Source: Vezdaea acicularis
Taxonomy: Eukaryota
Assembly (NCBI GenBank): GCA_026025075.1
Contig: JAPEUI010000005.1
Coordinates: 248,001-311,090, forward strand
DNA length: 63,090 nucleotides
Direction: 5' to 3'
In this document: piece after piece, positions 23,738 to 38,064 of the stretch
Numbering within the stretch: position 1 is the stretch's first letter
How the letters are laid out: each line of letters begins with the position of its first letter
Notes under the pieces: generated by a model
Database searches by the model: none
Seen by the model: the letters and a program-made list of their open reading frames with translations, nothing else
Told to the model about the DNA's origin: nothing
Made by a program: the position numbers and the translations under genes

Positions 23738-24929
23738 TGTTATTGTGCCGAATTGTCCATTGCGGACAAGAGGGTAATCTCAAAAAGACGTGGAGAAGAG
23801 GACTTGAACGACTTCATCGACTTCATCTGCAGCGTTCCTGTTTGAATACTTGAGGTGCTTAAGACCAAGAGATTATGTGGTGCATAATCGAGGGACCTTG
23901 TCGTGATAAGGGTGCAGCACGAGCAAAAGCGAGGTTGAAATACCCCGCGTGTTCCTTTTGGCACACACGTTTTTCATGTGACATCAACGATCGCTACCTC
24001 TTACCTCGTAGCCTTAATCAGCCATTTGTCTCGTTAGAAAAGGTCTATGCAATTACTTATGGAATGAACGACGTCATTCCCGAGGCAAGGCTTCTTCATC
24101 GAAGATTATACGAGACGCCATGCTGCCTCACGTGATTTGAGCATGTTCTCAAAGTTCTCACTCTTGCGTGGCTGAATTCTGTGGAGGAGGTGGGCTGGGG
24201 TGTTCTCTTGTGAATTGAACACCAACTCATCAAGCTCGAAAACCCTTTTCACTGTCATTGATCACCAACACGCTGAAGCTTGAAAACATGGTCTCAGAGA
24301 TATCTTCCTTGGACTGTGAACATCTTCTGAAGTTGCAGGAATTGTTGCAATACTCGTGATGAACATTATTGTATACCTATGACATGACGCGTACTTGACA
24401 GTATGCAATATGATTGAGCAACAGCTGGTGCTGGCAATTTGCCAAGATCAGATGGACTATATGCCTCAGACGCCGTGAGGATTGGGCGGGGTTTTATGCT
24501 TATATTTGGAGTCGCAAAAGATGAGACACGTGCAACGAAGTCCATGGTCGAGCATATGATGAAGAGTATGGAAAACTTAGGGGCTTTGACGAAGACTGAG
24601 ATGGAACAGGCAATTGCAAGAAAGGAAAGAAAGAGGATCCAAAGATTCCAAAGTGGTTTGTGTACAAGTCACTCAATGCTATAAAGAGAAATATTGATAT
24701 GTTTTTGAGAAACCCATCGAATTAGTAATTTTTAACCTGGCTGAAATCTAGTTTGCTATACAAAATGCACACTTGTGCAAGAGGCAACGAAAGAGGATTA
24801 GCTAAGGAAACAAGATAGAGCGACTCCTAAGGGAAATTCATGCCTGAGCCCGTGGTATAAGTGCTAAAGCTAGATCTTCACAGCTATTCAAGGCCCCATT
24901 TTTAGGCTAGGAAAGTATTAAATCGCTCC

Positions 24930-26110
24930 TCAACGGGAAGCGCCAATGCCAGTCTGTTGCATCTCCAGCGATCTGGGATCATTTAAATGAGGCTGGTTGG
25001 GCTCCTGTAGATCCCAGAAAGCTGTTTCCTTATCTTCACCTTTGATGAGACCACGAAGATCAAATGGATCGATGATTGTAAGCCAAAGAGGACGTTTGTC
25101 AACCCAACCAGGCCCAGTGATTTCCGTAACTCCGTCCCTTGATAGATATATCTTATTGGACTTCGGTAAATATCTAGCAGGGAACAGCACGTTCACAAGG
25201 TAGGAGGCAAGTGTGACCAAAGATGCCTCTAAGGCCCAAAAATAAGCCTCATGGGTGAAGAGTGGGCCCGTGGGCACCTGGTTCTGGGAAACCACAGACT
25301 CAAAATTCTCGACGGTACGGTAGACGTTCCGGGCAAATAGCAACGCTGTACTGCCGTATAGCATATACAGAACGGTACGAAGGTTCGCTGAACATACATT
25401 GGCTCTCTTAGCCCTCGAGTGGAAGGTCCGGGCAATTGCTGTGTAACCGACGAAGAGGCATGATTGGAGTACCAGAGATACCTTGATTAATATCGATCCG
25501 GCGTGAATGGTGGACGGATTTTGCGAGGTGTTGGCAAGCTTCGAGATTCCTTGGGCTGTCAAGATTTCGATAACAACGTCCAGGCCCACGAAGGTGGATA
25601 CTACTCGACCAGGATGAATTGGAGACAGATAAGGTATGTAGTACAAAGTCCGCCCAAGTATAAAATAGTTTGCGCCAGCATAAATTGGCCTATGAGTATT
25701 TCTCGTTAGTAATACAGCTGGACTAAAGATTGATATGACTAACGGCCCTATGTAGAGCAAGCATTGTGCAGCTATGAGTATACCGAGATTCTTGTAGTGG
25801 TGAGCTGCAACCTCGCGCATGATGAAACCTGCACAGTAGATCAAACATGCAGGTGGGAGCAATGTAGTATAGCGCCATGACTTGTATTTGCTACATGAAA
25901 AGGTAAGCAGGATCAAGGCGCGCCAATCGCTCATCTGAACTCTTACTTGGTTTGCCATGCATGAAGGACACCAGAAATGGCAATGAGAACGGCAAAAACA
26001 ATTGGTGCTACCTTGTTGGGAGCATAGTACCACAAGCTCCCATCCACTAAATGGGGCTAAGCAATGGTGTCTTTGTAACTTGAATCCTTTCACTAACCTT
26101 GACCCGTCAT
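24930..26110 (-). CDS. RTA1-family (lipid-translocating exporter-like) 7-TM protein
   Basis: SLWYYAPNK, PIYAGANYFILGRTLYYIPYLSPIHPGRV, RNVYRTVE and HEAYFW. The start at 26110 is inferred through a short first intron. Confidence 0.85.
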
Positions 26111-27298
26111 CTTGTCACGTATATGATGCTGTGATACCGATCTTGAGTAAGACTGAATGTTGCTGAAAGATTTGTATGTATGGACCAGTTTGATAACTTA
26201 TCCCTTCGAGATCCTGGGGAATGTGAAGTGCATCTTAAGGGACCTTGTGCTTCTCTAAATACCTTGTTGCGAATGGCAGCATTTACGCAAATGATCAAAA
26301 TTGACTGATGACGCGTAGCGTACGAGTTTAATACGCCATGGGCTGTAAGTTTCTATCAAGCAATGGTTTGAGAATGCTCAAACTCAAGTCTCACCAGAGA
26401 GAGAGTGTGCCTGAGGCTTGGAAGTACGCGTTGATAGAGCTCTGGCTTACCCAGCCATGATGCGGCAGGGCTGGATTTGGGAATCGCACCCATCGTGGGA
26501 AGCACTTCTACCATAGTCCGAAGCATGGAGTTGAATTGACATCGACTCTCTGTGCCCCAGACCAGGAAAGGAGATACTGTAGCGAGAATCGCGCGTCGGC
26601 TTACGACGTGTCAACCTTAATCGTATGCTTAATCGTCATAAGGCCGCCCCTAAGGCTGACCGACCGCCGATGACATTAGGCGAGAGACCGCGACAGGGGC
26701 AGTGGAGGTGCATGCGTGCGCTTACGAAAGTCGGTGGTCGGATCTCCTATCACAGCCAATGAGATCGCATATGAACGCTCAAGATTGCCTTTCCATAGGG
26801 AAGAACCTGCAGGCTCAGACTGTTTGAAAAAGAACGAAGACAAGCAAGCAGCGCCCCCAAGAACGCAAGACAAGACCGGTCGGCGGATCTAGGTGCAATT
26901 CGCCGACTAACTTTCATCTACACCGTCCGCGCGTTATGCTTTGAAGGGAAAGAAAGTTCGCCATTGGCCTGAGTCGATTGATGGCGCTTTAATCGTAAAT
27001 CTAGTCGTGTAGGGAATCTCAACCTTCGCGCTCTGACCACATAAATCTCAAGGGACAGTGATGCTAAGAGGCATTGCTTGCTTCTTATGATAGTGGTAGG
27101 ACTGTCATTCTCGCGCACCGTATACTACGGGAATCGTGTACTGTCAACGTCGCAATTGAGCTATAGATTGTCAGGCTTCGCGCATTGCAATCGATACACA
27201 TACCTGAGTTTTGATGTATGGATCGCGGAAATGGTTCTAGAAGCCAAGGCAGGACCGGCTTATAAGTTGAGAAGTATAGATATTCTCAACTATCATTC

Positions 27299-30200
27299 AT
27301 GGAGCCCTCCTCAAGCTCGAAGGTGACTGGTCCGTTGCCCCATACTCAAATTTAAGAGTGAGAGCGATTAACAGTTGGGCACGAGGCTGATGGGGTACAT
27401 ATAGTGGAATATTTTGACCCATCAGGGCTGTTCCCGTCAATATCCCAGGAGTTGTTGTCTCGTCTGCCATTGCAAAACCTTCACTGGGATTCTCCCTCGC
27501 GACCTCTGAGATCTATAAACTCGTTGCACGTCGACTTAGTTGCGCAAGGCCAGGCGCAGCAGGCTTTCCAAAGCGCGTCGGAACGCAATGCTACGGTTCA
27601 TAGAGCAAGTATCGCAGACTCGATCCACAGTAACGAGAGCACTACACACCGGGCTTCTTCACAGGGCCCCTATGCTACCGAGCAGAAGACCGTGTTTGAA
27701 GCAGGGACTGGTACCTTCCAAGGCTCATTAAGAGAAAGAAGGCATCAGATACCTGGTCTTCGACAGACTCCATACTTGAAGATATACTTACTCCGGTGCG
27801 ATGATAATGATTCCTATAAATCGTCGTCGAGAAAGCTGCTTAGGGAATGGGTTAAGCAGCATACATCCGTTCCAAAGAGCTCTACTTCTCTCAACAAGCA
27901 AGACAACCACGATGCTTTTGAATGGCTGATCCTCCATATCGTTCTACCGAATACTCCAGCTGCTGCACAACCTCGTCACTCTGCCTCGAACCGCGGCAGT
28001 AGTGCGGGTAATTCTGAGAAGGCTACAGGAACATCTCGATGGCCAGGGATGGGATCTAGCACTATTCTCGAGAAGATAAGGTCGGACTTCAATGGTTCAG
28101 CCAAACTGCAGAAGGACCGCGTATGCCAGATCCGGATATCAAGAGGCCATAATCAAGGTCAAGGGTCGGGCCAGGGTGATAAAGGGGGTGACAGCAAGGA
28201 AGAACAGGAAAAATCCTGGATGGACCTTATATCAAAGCTGAAGTCGTCAATTCTTACCTCATTCGACCTTAGGGTCAGCCAATACGAGGAAGACATACGG
28301 GAAAAGGAGGCTCAGCGATCTTTGCCCGGATGGAACTTTTGCACCTTCTTCGTCCTGAAGGAAGGCCTTGCTAGAGCTTTCGAAAGCGTTGGGCTTGTCC
28401 AAGATGCCCTTATTGGATATGATGAGCTTTCTGCTGGCTTGGATGCTATCATACGAGATCGCACCTCGCTACCAACAGATACAGGCCAGGCTGGCTCCTT
28501 TCTCCCCTTTACAGAAGACTTACGACGAGACCTTGAAGAGACGCAGCTGGAGAACGATAATAACTTAGATAGGGAAAATGTAAAGGTGGAAGCCGGCGGA
28601 CCAGATCCTCTGCCGCTCAGTGCCACGAAGAAGCGATATCGTGACCTTATATTGTCCAATAACATTTCCATCTTTGATTTCCAGTCTTACGTCTTCTCTC
28701 GTCAGATGTCACTATCTCTACGTCTAGCTAATGCCAGATCCTCTCGTTCGGAGTTGATGGCGAAATTACAGACTGATTCTGGAATTGAATCGCCCTCAAA
28801 CAACCAACATCAAAATCAAAGGACCTTAAATCTAACTTCCCCTGAAGGAAGTGAAAATCTTGAGGAGCTAGCCAAGATCTGTAGAAGAGCTATGAGCTTC
28901 ATCACATCCATATCGCGAACCATACGCGTCGACTTATGGAATGGCTATACGTCCTCTCAAGCAGCAGATACCTCCCATCCAGCGACATCAAAAGCCAGAT
29001 CAAAGAAGGTTTCTCACGTCATCGATAACATGGTTGCTTCATGGATATATTCCTTGGCTCAGCAGGTTCTCGCCGAAACCTCTACAAGGGCGCTTCCGAT
29101 TCCACCGTCGTCGCTCATTGACTTGCCCTTATCGAGTGAGAAAACTGCTGTTTTCGATGTGAAACGTCAAGAGCCGAAGGTAGCCATTCCTGAACCTAAG
29201 ACCATGATGCATCCTGCTCGAAACAGTTCATTGCAGACCGCTCAGACTGTTCAACAAGAGCCCTTGAGCCAGAATATGTTACCTGGATCGGCTTCCGACC
29301 AGGAGTCAGAGCTAGGGCAAAACCATTCTGGTCCGTCGACAGGAAAATTCCTCAAATCGGGCTTGGAAGACCTTGCTGCCTCGAGAGCTGCACTGTATCT
29401 ACTGGCTCGTTCGGTTCTGGGGAAGCTCGGCCAAGCCCGTGATTGGATATCAAGCTGGGATGCCCTTGCACCTCGAGCGACAGCACCGGAAAGTAGTATG
29501 CAAGACGTGGACCTAAGTGACGATTCTGCTGGGATTGAAAGGAAAACGGAATTAACAGCAGACACTACTACCACATTCCAGGGGATAAGAGATCCCTTTC
29601 TTATAGCAGCTACTCAGGACAAGAAAAGCTTCTATAATCTATATGAGGTAAGAACCCTTGATTTAGTTTTAATTGTGTGATGTTAAGTCTTTATACAACT
29701 AGACTCTTTCTGATAAGGCTTTGAGGCACTATACTGTTGCCAATAGAGCCAAATCATCAGAGAGGATAATAGCGGACCTAGCAGCTCTTAAGTTGTATGT
29801 ATAAGTTTAGTATATGCATAATCTCCAAATGCGCTGACAATTCTTAGTCATTTAGGCGACCACGCTGCTGTAGCCTCCTACTTACATCGATTGGTCCCGT
29901 TCTACGCCGAAGAAGGCTGGTCCTTAGTTGAAATGTCGATGCTCCAAATGTATGCCAAAAGCTTGAAGAAATTAGAGAAAAGAGACGAATACCTTCGCAT
30001 TATTCTCAAAATCCTAGCCAGGAGGGTTGCTGTTGAGAAATCAGCTTATGGATCAAGAAACAATTCTGAACCTGGGCCCAAAAGCCTATATCGAGACTGG
30101 AGCACCACAGAAGAAACCGATGAAACTTACATCAGTGATCTTGTTCGGTTCTCAAAGGAGATCCCTTATCAAATGACAATGGCGCTCGATGAATACTTTG

Positions 30201-32531
30201 GCGATATTCATCTAGATTCGTACGTGAAGCACTTTACGGATACAGATGGGTTCTATCTTCAAATACGAGTTCGCAATGTCCTTCAGAGGGATATTGAGCT
30301 GGGAAAAGTTGAAGTGATGTTAGTAGACACAGAGGGGCAAGCAGCTTCCTCTATATGCCTCAAGTCAACTGGCATAACCTCTTTAAGGCCAGGTCTAGTG
30401 CGATTTTCTGTTGCGACGAAGGTATAAATCACTCGTAAATTCATCAGGTTTTAATAACGCTGACTGTTCTGTAGACTGTCATTCCAGGCTCTTACATGGT
30501 GAAGAAAATACAATTCCAGTTGAATAATATCGTGTTCGTTCATGAGAGCCTCTCTGATACAGTGATGACAAATTTCACCAAATTGCCGAGTTCAACGGTC
30601 CATGCATCAATCGTGGCAGCGAAGAAGTCATCAATCCTTCTATATCCTCGATCAGACGCGCTTGACGTTAAGCTTTCACTCTTTGAAGCTATTCATCTAG
30701 AGTTGACGCGATCTGTTATTGTGACTGTTTTAACCGGATTGAATGATATCAATGAGGGCGAACTTCGCCTCCGTTCAGCGTCCGCTGGTCTTAGGTTGCG
30801 TACGGCTGACTCAACGTCTTTAACTGACGATGTCAAGGTGGAAGCCAAAGATCGCCCAGGCGTTATACAATTTGGAGCTTTGCAACCAGAGAGTAGCCTT
30901 AAGATCAAAATACCATATACCTGTGAGAACGAATCGACAACGATTTCAGTAAGTTTTTTCATCTGCTATCACGTGTCATGAGTGGAGTGAACATCTTCTT
31001 CTATTAGGTCAGGGTGGAAATCTCGTACAATACCGCGAAAGGAGTCTTCTTCTTCTCCACTACTCTCGAACTCTCAATTCGCCTTCCATTAGGAGTTAAT
31101 GTCCGAGACTGCTTCAAGGCTGATGCGTAAGTCACCTCGTGCTAGTTGAATATCAACCTCAAGGGGTACTAATAGCGTCCAGCCTATTCTCTACATTCAC
31201 CGTTTCTACCTCAACCGCTGCTCCACTTCGTATCTTAAGCTCAAAGTTGGGAGGCTCTTCATCGTTCGAAGCTATTACTGGAAATGTGCCAAGCGATATG
31301 GTCCGCAACAGTCAAGCCCTTTTCAAGATCACTGGGCTTACTCAATGCAGATGATTTTCCCGAGGCAGCCAGCATCTTTAATCTATAAGATTACCAAGCG
31401 AAAAGAGCGGAACCCTTCCTCCGAGTCTGAAAACAGAAGTAGCACACCGCTTGCTCTCACTCTTGTTTATCGATGCCTTGATGAAGGTAAATGTTGAGTC
31501 ACACTCATTATTGTAAGGGCTAACCAGTTGTGCAGCCTTCTACGATGCTCTCGAGAGGGTCTTTACACAGTCCCTGCGAGGAAGCGAGTACAAAAACCTT
31601 TCGAGACTGCTTGTACCATGCCTCCTTTCACGGATGCGTATAAACTTGACAGCTGCTGAATTGGAGGCAGGAGGCCTTCTTGGAGAGATCTCCCTGGGGG
31701 ATTACCCGGATATGAGATGGGCTGAGAGCCTGGAGAGGCTACCACCAGCTCTTAGGGAGGGGGTGAGTGAATGGCTGCGTATGTGGCACAATGTAAGTGA
31801 AAATAGTTGATCCTATAATCATTGTTCCCCCGGCCCAGCTAATACCGAGGCAGTCAAATTCTACGATTTACCTTCCCTCTGTGCATCCACCTGAATCATG
31901 TCGCACTATTGTCATCCCAATGGAGGTTCCTCAAGTCCAAGTGGTGCATACTGTGTCGCTGCATCATCTCTCGCCGCGAAAGGAGCGATTCCTACCTATC
32001 GCAGCCATTGGTGATGTTCTCCAGTTCGAATTACGTATCATTCATACACGCGGATGGGACACCAGCCGGCTGAAGGCCGTCTCATCTAATGTCATCCCTG
32101 ATGATGGTGCCGAACTTGATTTCCTATATGAGATCCAGGCAAATCCGGAGGTCTGGCTTATAGGAGGTAAGCGTCGAGCAAACTTTCGCGCTAGAGAAGG
32201 GAAATTCCTGAAGTTTCCTGTTATGCTTATGCCGCTTCGCACTGGACATCTACTTCTTCCTAATGTAGATATTAGGTCGGTTGTGCCGTTGCATAACGAG
32301 AATGAGAAAGCTGGAGATGGAGATGGAGATGGAGAACTGAGCACTACGGGCTCAGTATCAAGAAGCGATAAGCTGACAGATGTAGTAACATGTGAGACAA
32401 ATTATAAGAGTCAGGCGCAGGCAGTTCTTGTACTCCCAGATGTAAAAAGTACCACGGTAAAATTAGAGAAGGATGGTGGGAGCTGGTTGATAGAGTCACG
32501 GAGAAGAGGGTCCAGCATGGAGAAAGAGTGA
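27299..32531 (+). CDS. TRS130: TRAPP II complex subunit Trs130 / TRAPPC10
   Basis: MEPSSSSKVT|VEYFDPSG, LPLQNLHW, RRHQIPGLRQTPYLKIY, QRSLPGWNFCTFFVLKEGLARAFESVGL; C-terminal WLIGGKRR..LMPLRTGHLLLP; multiple introns. Confidence 0.92.
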
Positions 32532-32965
32532 TGGACACGCTAGGTTAGAAGTGGACTCAATATTCATGCGTGAATCAGATTACATCCAAGAGCTATAACG
32601 TGAATGTTTCAAGCCTGTCGAACGTAATATAGTTTCAGCCTAAAAAAAACTGCTAAAACAGTTGAGACCTTGCCTTGAAAAGCTTCGCTCGTGAGGGTAA
32701 CTAACGAGAATCCTGCCCATTATCCTGCGAAGACGTGGGCGTGATCGTGACACCAACCGCGGCACACCCAAATCACAAGGGCACCACCGATGCACCCTGC
32801 GTATGAAAAAGCAATTTCACAACCTACCATTGCCTTGTGGGACAGTGATCTACCGAGCACAGATCTTATTGCGACTAGCAACTGTGCACATACTTGCGAT
32901 AACTATCGGGATACTTCTGAACCACGGTTTTAGCCCTCTCCACTGCCTCGGGACGATCACATGTC

Positions 32966-34768
32966 ATGTCGGCGCAACAAGAGCGCCCGATCCAACCGCC
33001 ATCGTATCAGCGCGATATCCAATCTCTGAAATTCCCTGCAGTCCCTACAACAGATCTACCCTCATCAGCAACCCGCCTAGATGATTCAGCTACAGCAACG
33101 GACTCAACTATTCGCAATAAGCCTCTCGAGCGGGCAGGCCCGTCGCAAAGGCCTCTCGCTATTCAAGACTTAATAAACGCTTCATCTGAGACTATGGAGC
33201 TCCAACGGCCACACCGAAGCTCAGAAGCTTCCGAGCAAACTAGTTCGTCCAGCAGAACGAACAGCGGCCTTGATACAGACTCCACTACGATGGACATTGA
33301 TAGTACGGCTAGTGGAAACGATCGGGCACACCGAGCTGGCAGCGTCGTATCCATAGATGATCCAGACGTGCGGATTGCTGCTGAAGCACTTGGAGACCTT
33401 CGAGCAGGTAAGGTGCATATGATAGATTCTTTACATGAATTTATGGCTGACTTTATGGCAAAAGATTTCGTTCAGTCTCCACCGGGTCAATATAACTCTC
33501 CTAAGGATTCGTCCTTCCCGCCCAGAACCAACGGCGCTTCTGCATCATTTCCATCATCCCAACAGCCAGAGCCGTTGCTCTCACTCTTTACCTCTTCCCA
33601 TCCAATACTAGGCACTGCTATCAATGGATCACTCTCGGCTTATACCTCATCTAAATCATATTCGCCAAGCTTCAGATACGGTGCTGAATTCATGGAAAGG
33701 CATATCGGATCTCCCGTCGTAAGCACTGTTAGCTCAGTGGGGCGTAAAACCGGTGTAGAAGGGGGCATGAGATGGTGGCTGAACGGGCGACAGCGGAGCA
33801 GACTTCGAGAAGAGCTCAACGACGAACATGGCGCCCCCAAAAGGAGGAAGATGGAGGCATCAGTTTACGAGCCAGTGGATTTAGAGAAAGGCCCGCAAGA
33901 TGCCTATCAGCTATCACTAAGCTCAAGACGACGTCAATCAGAGGGGTCATTTGCGGACTCGTTACCTGCTTATGATGAACTGCGATCACCTGAATACGAG
34001 CCTCACAGTGCTCTTGTCGCGGCGGTACGAGTCGATGATGGGAATGGTACGGAGCAAAATCCCAACTGGCAGAGACGCCTTATGCTATCGACATCGGGTC
34101 TGGGAGTAGCTATGAGCGAAGAATCGCTTCGGAGCTTGAAATACTGCCTGGACTGGCTTCGATGGGCGAACGGTCATATCGGGAGAGTCATCGTAGCTTT
34201 GAAAGATGTACTGGACGAATGGGACCAAAGTCAAGCGCAGGTAGCGCAAGCGAACGGTCAATCAGAAGCTATCACGGATCGGCAACCTGGCTCTGGGCCC
34301 TTAAGTTCTCAGATTCCAGCTCAAACCCAGTATTATCTCACAAACCGAATTCAAAACCTCAAGTCTGACGTTATGGAAACCATCAAAAAGGTTGTTGATG
34401 TTATCTCCACTTATGCTGGGGGTGCTCTACCTGAGAACGCAAGACTTCTCGTTCGGCGACACCTTTTCTCGCTACCACAACGATTTCACCTGGCATCCCT
34501 TTCTACCGCCCCAGCTGACTCGTCGAGACCAGCATCAGAAACTGTGACCTCCGCTCATCGGGTCATGGTACTAGCGAAGGAGGGGCTTGATATGATGGCT
34601 CAGGTCAGTGGCGTGCTCGACGGGACGATCGTTAGTGCAGAGGACTGGTGCGAACGGTTAGGGAGAAGAAAGAGAAGTGAGAGTGAGATGGCCATAGATG
34701 AGAAAGCCGCCGTCACGAAGCAGGAAGAAAATACCACGAGTAATCTTATGGATCAGAAATCAGGATGA
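32966..34768 (+). CDS. OPI1: Opi1-family transcriptional regulator (ccg-8-like)
   Basis: DPDVRIAAEALGDLR, YTSSKSYSPSFRYGAE, LMLSTSGLGVAMSEESLRSLKYCL and YAGGALPENAR. Probable 57-nt intron 33408-33464. Confidence 0.88.
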   Translation: MSAQQERPIQPPSYQRDIQSLKFPAVPTTDLPSSATRLDDSATATDSTIRNKPLERAGPSQRPLAIQDLINASSETMELQRPHRSSEASEQTSSSSRTNSGLDTDSTTMDIDSTASGNDRAHRAGSVVSIDDPDVRIAAEALGDLRAGKVHMIDSLHEFMADFMAKDFVQSPPGQYNSPKDSSFPPRTNGASASFPSSQQPEPLLSLFTSSHPILGTAINGSLSAYTSSKSYSPSFRYGAEFMERHIGSPVVSTVSSVGRKTGVEGGMRWWLNGRQRSRLREELNDEHGAPKRRKMEASVYEPVDLEKGPQDAYQLSLSSRRRQSEGSFADSLPAYDELRSPEYEPHSALVAAVRVDDGNGTEQNPNWQRRLMLSTSGLGVAMSEESLRSLKYCLDWLRWANGHIGRVIVALKDVLDEWDQSQAQVAQANGQSEAITDRQPGSGPLSSQIPAQTQYYLTNRIQNLKSDVMETIKKVVDVISTYAGGALPENARLLVRRHLFSLPQRFHLASLSTAPADSSRPASETVTSAHRVMVLAKEGLDMMAQVSGVLDGTIVSAEDWCERLGRRKRSESEMAIDEKAAVTKQEENTTSNLMDQKSG

Positions 34769-35511
34769 AAGCCAGGTGCGCCGTCTGGACAAGACCTCAC
34801 CGCTGGACGCAGGCGAAAAGGTAGTCTACGTTTCTATTTGTAGGGAGCATTGCGGGTCCCTTATGTCGGTAATATACGATCCTCTGTTCAATCTCTGTCT
34901 CTTCTAGCGGATACTTCTAGGCCGGTGTATCTTTCTGGTAATGCATTAGACTTGCTCTGATACTCGTTTTCATTTCCTTTCTAGCTTTTACTGAATAAAC
35001 TTGTTGCTGATGTGGGGAGTACGAACATATGGGATCGGTGGTGTATGGGATGTATCTATAGCGTTTTTCTCCTTCCAAATTTTTTTGCACTGGTCTCATG
35101 TATCGTTCCTGTTTATGGAACAGTCACGGCTGTGATGGTCATTAGTTCATCAATGATTGCGCACCAGTGGTGCTTTCCTCTCTGTATGTGTCCTTCCCTA
35201 CTGATCTCTGTAGTGAAGCAACCCCGAGCGCCGCCGGGCTTTCCCTTTCCGGATGCGCCTCTTCCACGTACCTCTACCTAGCACGGCTACTGCCTTTGGG
35301 TGCAAAACAAGAAGCATCTCATTTCTAACCCTCCTCTTATAACATCATCGCCGTTCATTCATAGCTATTAATTACCGTATTACATACAAGTTGCTCTCAT
35401 TCGCTATCTGGGCATCATCTCGCCGTCGAGGGACAGCTCAAACAAATCCATCTCTACAGAAGTCTTCCCTTTGTGTACTTACTCTGTACAGTACAGCGTC
35501 ACAAGCTTAAC

Positions 35512-36765
35512 ATGCAAGCATCCCCTTATTCCTCTTCGAACCGACCCGCCGCTACACCCGGAGTACAGGTCCATCCTCCAGAGCCATTATACCCCCAGAA
35601 ATGTTCGGACGAGATAAAGCCAATGTTCGTCCACTTCACAGAGTCCTACCTATCGCTCCACCCCTTCCGCTACACCGCCCTAAATCGAACCTCCTCGTGT
35701 CTTTCTAACCCGCCTTCCCCTAGAATTACCCGATCCGTGGACTCAGGAGGCTGTGTCAACCTCTTCAAACGGCTCTACTCCAGCATACTCTCCCTTATCG
35801 GCGTAGTCTTCCGGTACCTCTCCAGCCTCTTTCATAAAATCCACACTCCCGCACGAGCATCCCTTTGCCGCCTCTCACCAAATCCAGAAAATAGCATCAT
35901 CGTAAGAGAGCAGCCCGTTCACTTCTTCAAGCGCACATACGCCGGCTCAATAAACCTCACCCGCCGCATCTACTGCCCCCCTACCACTTTTGTCCAGCGC
36001 CTCTTCGCATCCCACAGGGCGTTTCATCCCCACGCATCTAGGGGCCAAGCGGGCGAACCCTGCAGCACTCTCAAGCATAGAATCGAACCACCGTCCCTAG
36101 CCTACACCAGGGATGAACTCACCTCCCTCCGCCCCCGCGCAGGCCAGCCGCATCCACCACTTGCAGAAGCGCAGGGCACACACGAATCTTACGACGAGCT
36201 AGCCGCGCTCCTGGGGAACCCCGGCACCGGCCCATCCAGCCCTCCCCTCCATGCCAGCGCGCCCGCCGCACCCGCCGCGCCCTTCCTCCCGGCAGTCATA
36301 GACTCAACCAGTCTCATGCTCGCCCTAGCAGAAGAAGATGACTACGACCTTCACGCAGGAGTGAGTCCCTTGCTGGCGAAGAGCGCTCCCCTAACTTCTA
36401 CCTCCCGAAAACGACCTTTTCGGACGGACAGCGGGGATGCGAGGAGTGAGCGAGATGCAGGGATGGCGCGGAGTAGCGTCGCTACCTATCTGCAACCTTC
36501 CGCGCGGCAGCGGGTGGCGGAGGCGGAGTTTCTGCGGAAGGCGTATGAGCAGGAGTTGCATGGCGCGCTGGGGAGGGCAGGCCGGTGGGGCGGAGCGAGC
36601 AGGAAGCATGCGGTTGGAGAAAGAAAGGAGAGTATGGGAGGCTCTGAGAGAGGAGGTGATGAGCGGGATGAGAGGGGTGTCGGGCATATAATTGGTGAGA
36701 ATGACTACGAAGCGGATGTGCGCGGCAATGGGTTGATGGGGGACCTGAATGGTCGGCCTTCGTAA
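35512..36765 (+). CDS. Hypothetical (orphan) protein
   Basis: Uninterrupted ORF of about 417 codons from ATG 35512; no recognisable domain. Confidence 0.45.
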   Translation: MQASPYSSSNRPAATPGVQVHPPEPLYPQKCSDEIKPMFVHFTESYLSLHPFRYTALNRTSSCLSNPPSPRITRSVDSGGCVNLFKRLYSSILSLIGVVFRYLSSLFHKIHTPARASLCRLSPNPENSIIVREQPVHFFKRTYAGSINLTRRIYCPPTTFVQRLFASHRAFHPHASRGQAGEPCSTLKHRIEPPSLAYTRDELTSLRPRAGQPHPPLAEAQGTHESYDELAALLGNPGTGPSSPPLHASAPAAPAAPFLPAVIDSTSLMLALAEEDDYDLHAGVSPLLAKSAPLTSTSRKRPFRTDSGDARSERDAGMARSSVATYLQPSARQRVAEAEFLRKAYEQELHGALGRAGRWGGASRKHAVGERKESMGGSERGGDERDERGVGHIIGENDYEADVRGNGLMGDLNGRPS

Positions 36766-36956
36766 AGGGAAAAGGGGTGACTATCGCTAGGTTCAATATG
36801 AGGTCAAAAAGGGTAATAACAACATGGAATTTTTATTACGGTCTACTAAGATGGATCCAATCCTTTTCCTTCAGCTCATGTCGTTAAGGAGAGCTAATTA
36901 TCGCCGATGCTATCTTAATGGGCTACCTTTTGGAATGCGCTTTAATAACATGACGT

Positions 36957-38064
<1,108 letters not shown>

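Noticed and set aside
26918..26930. CTACACCGTCCGC resembling the end of the veA element core
   Set aside because: Only about 12 nt match, with none of the rest of the core or the hairpins.
14619..34768. SPT23/MGA2, RTA1 and OPI1 as a lipid-regulation gene cluster
   Set aside because: They are interspersed with unrelated housekeeping genes and I see no shared motif, so proximity alone is not evidence.
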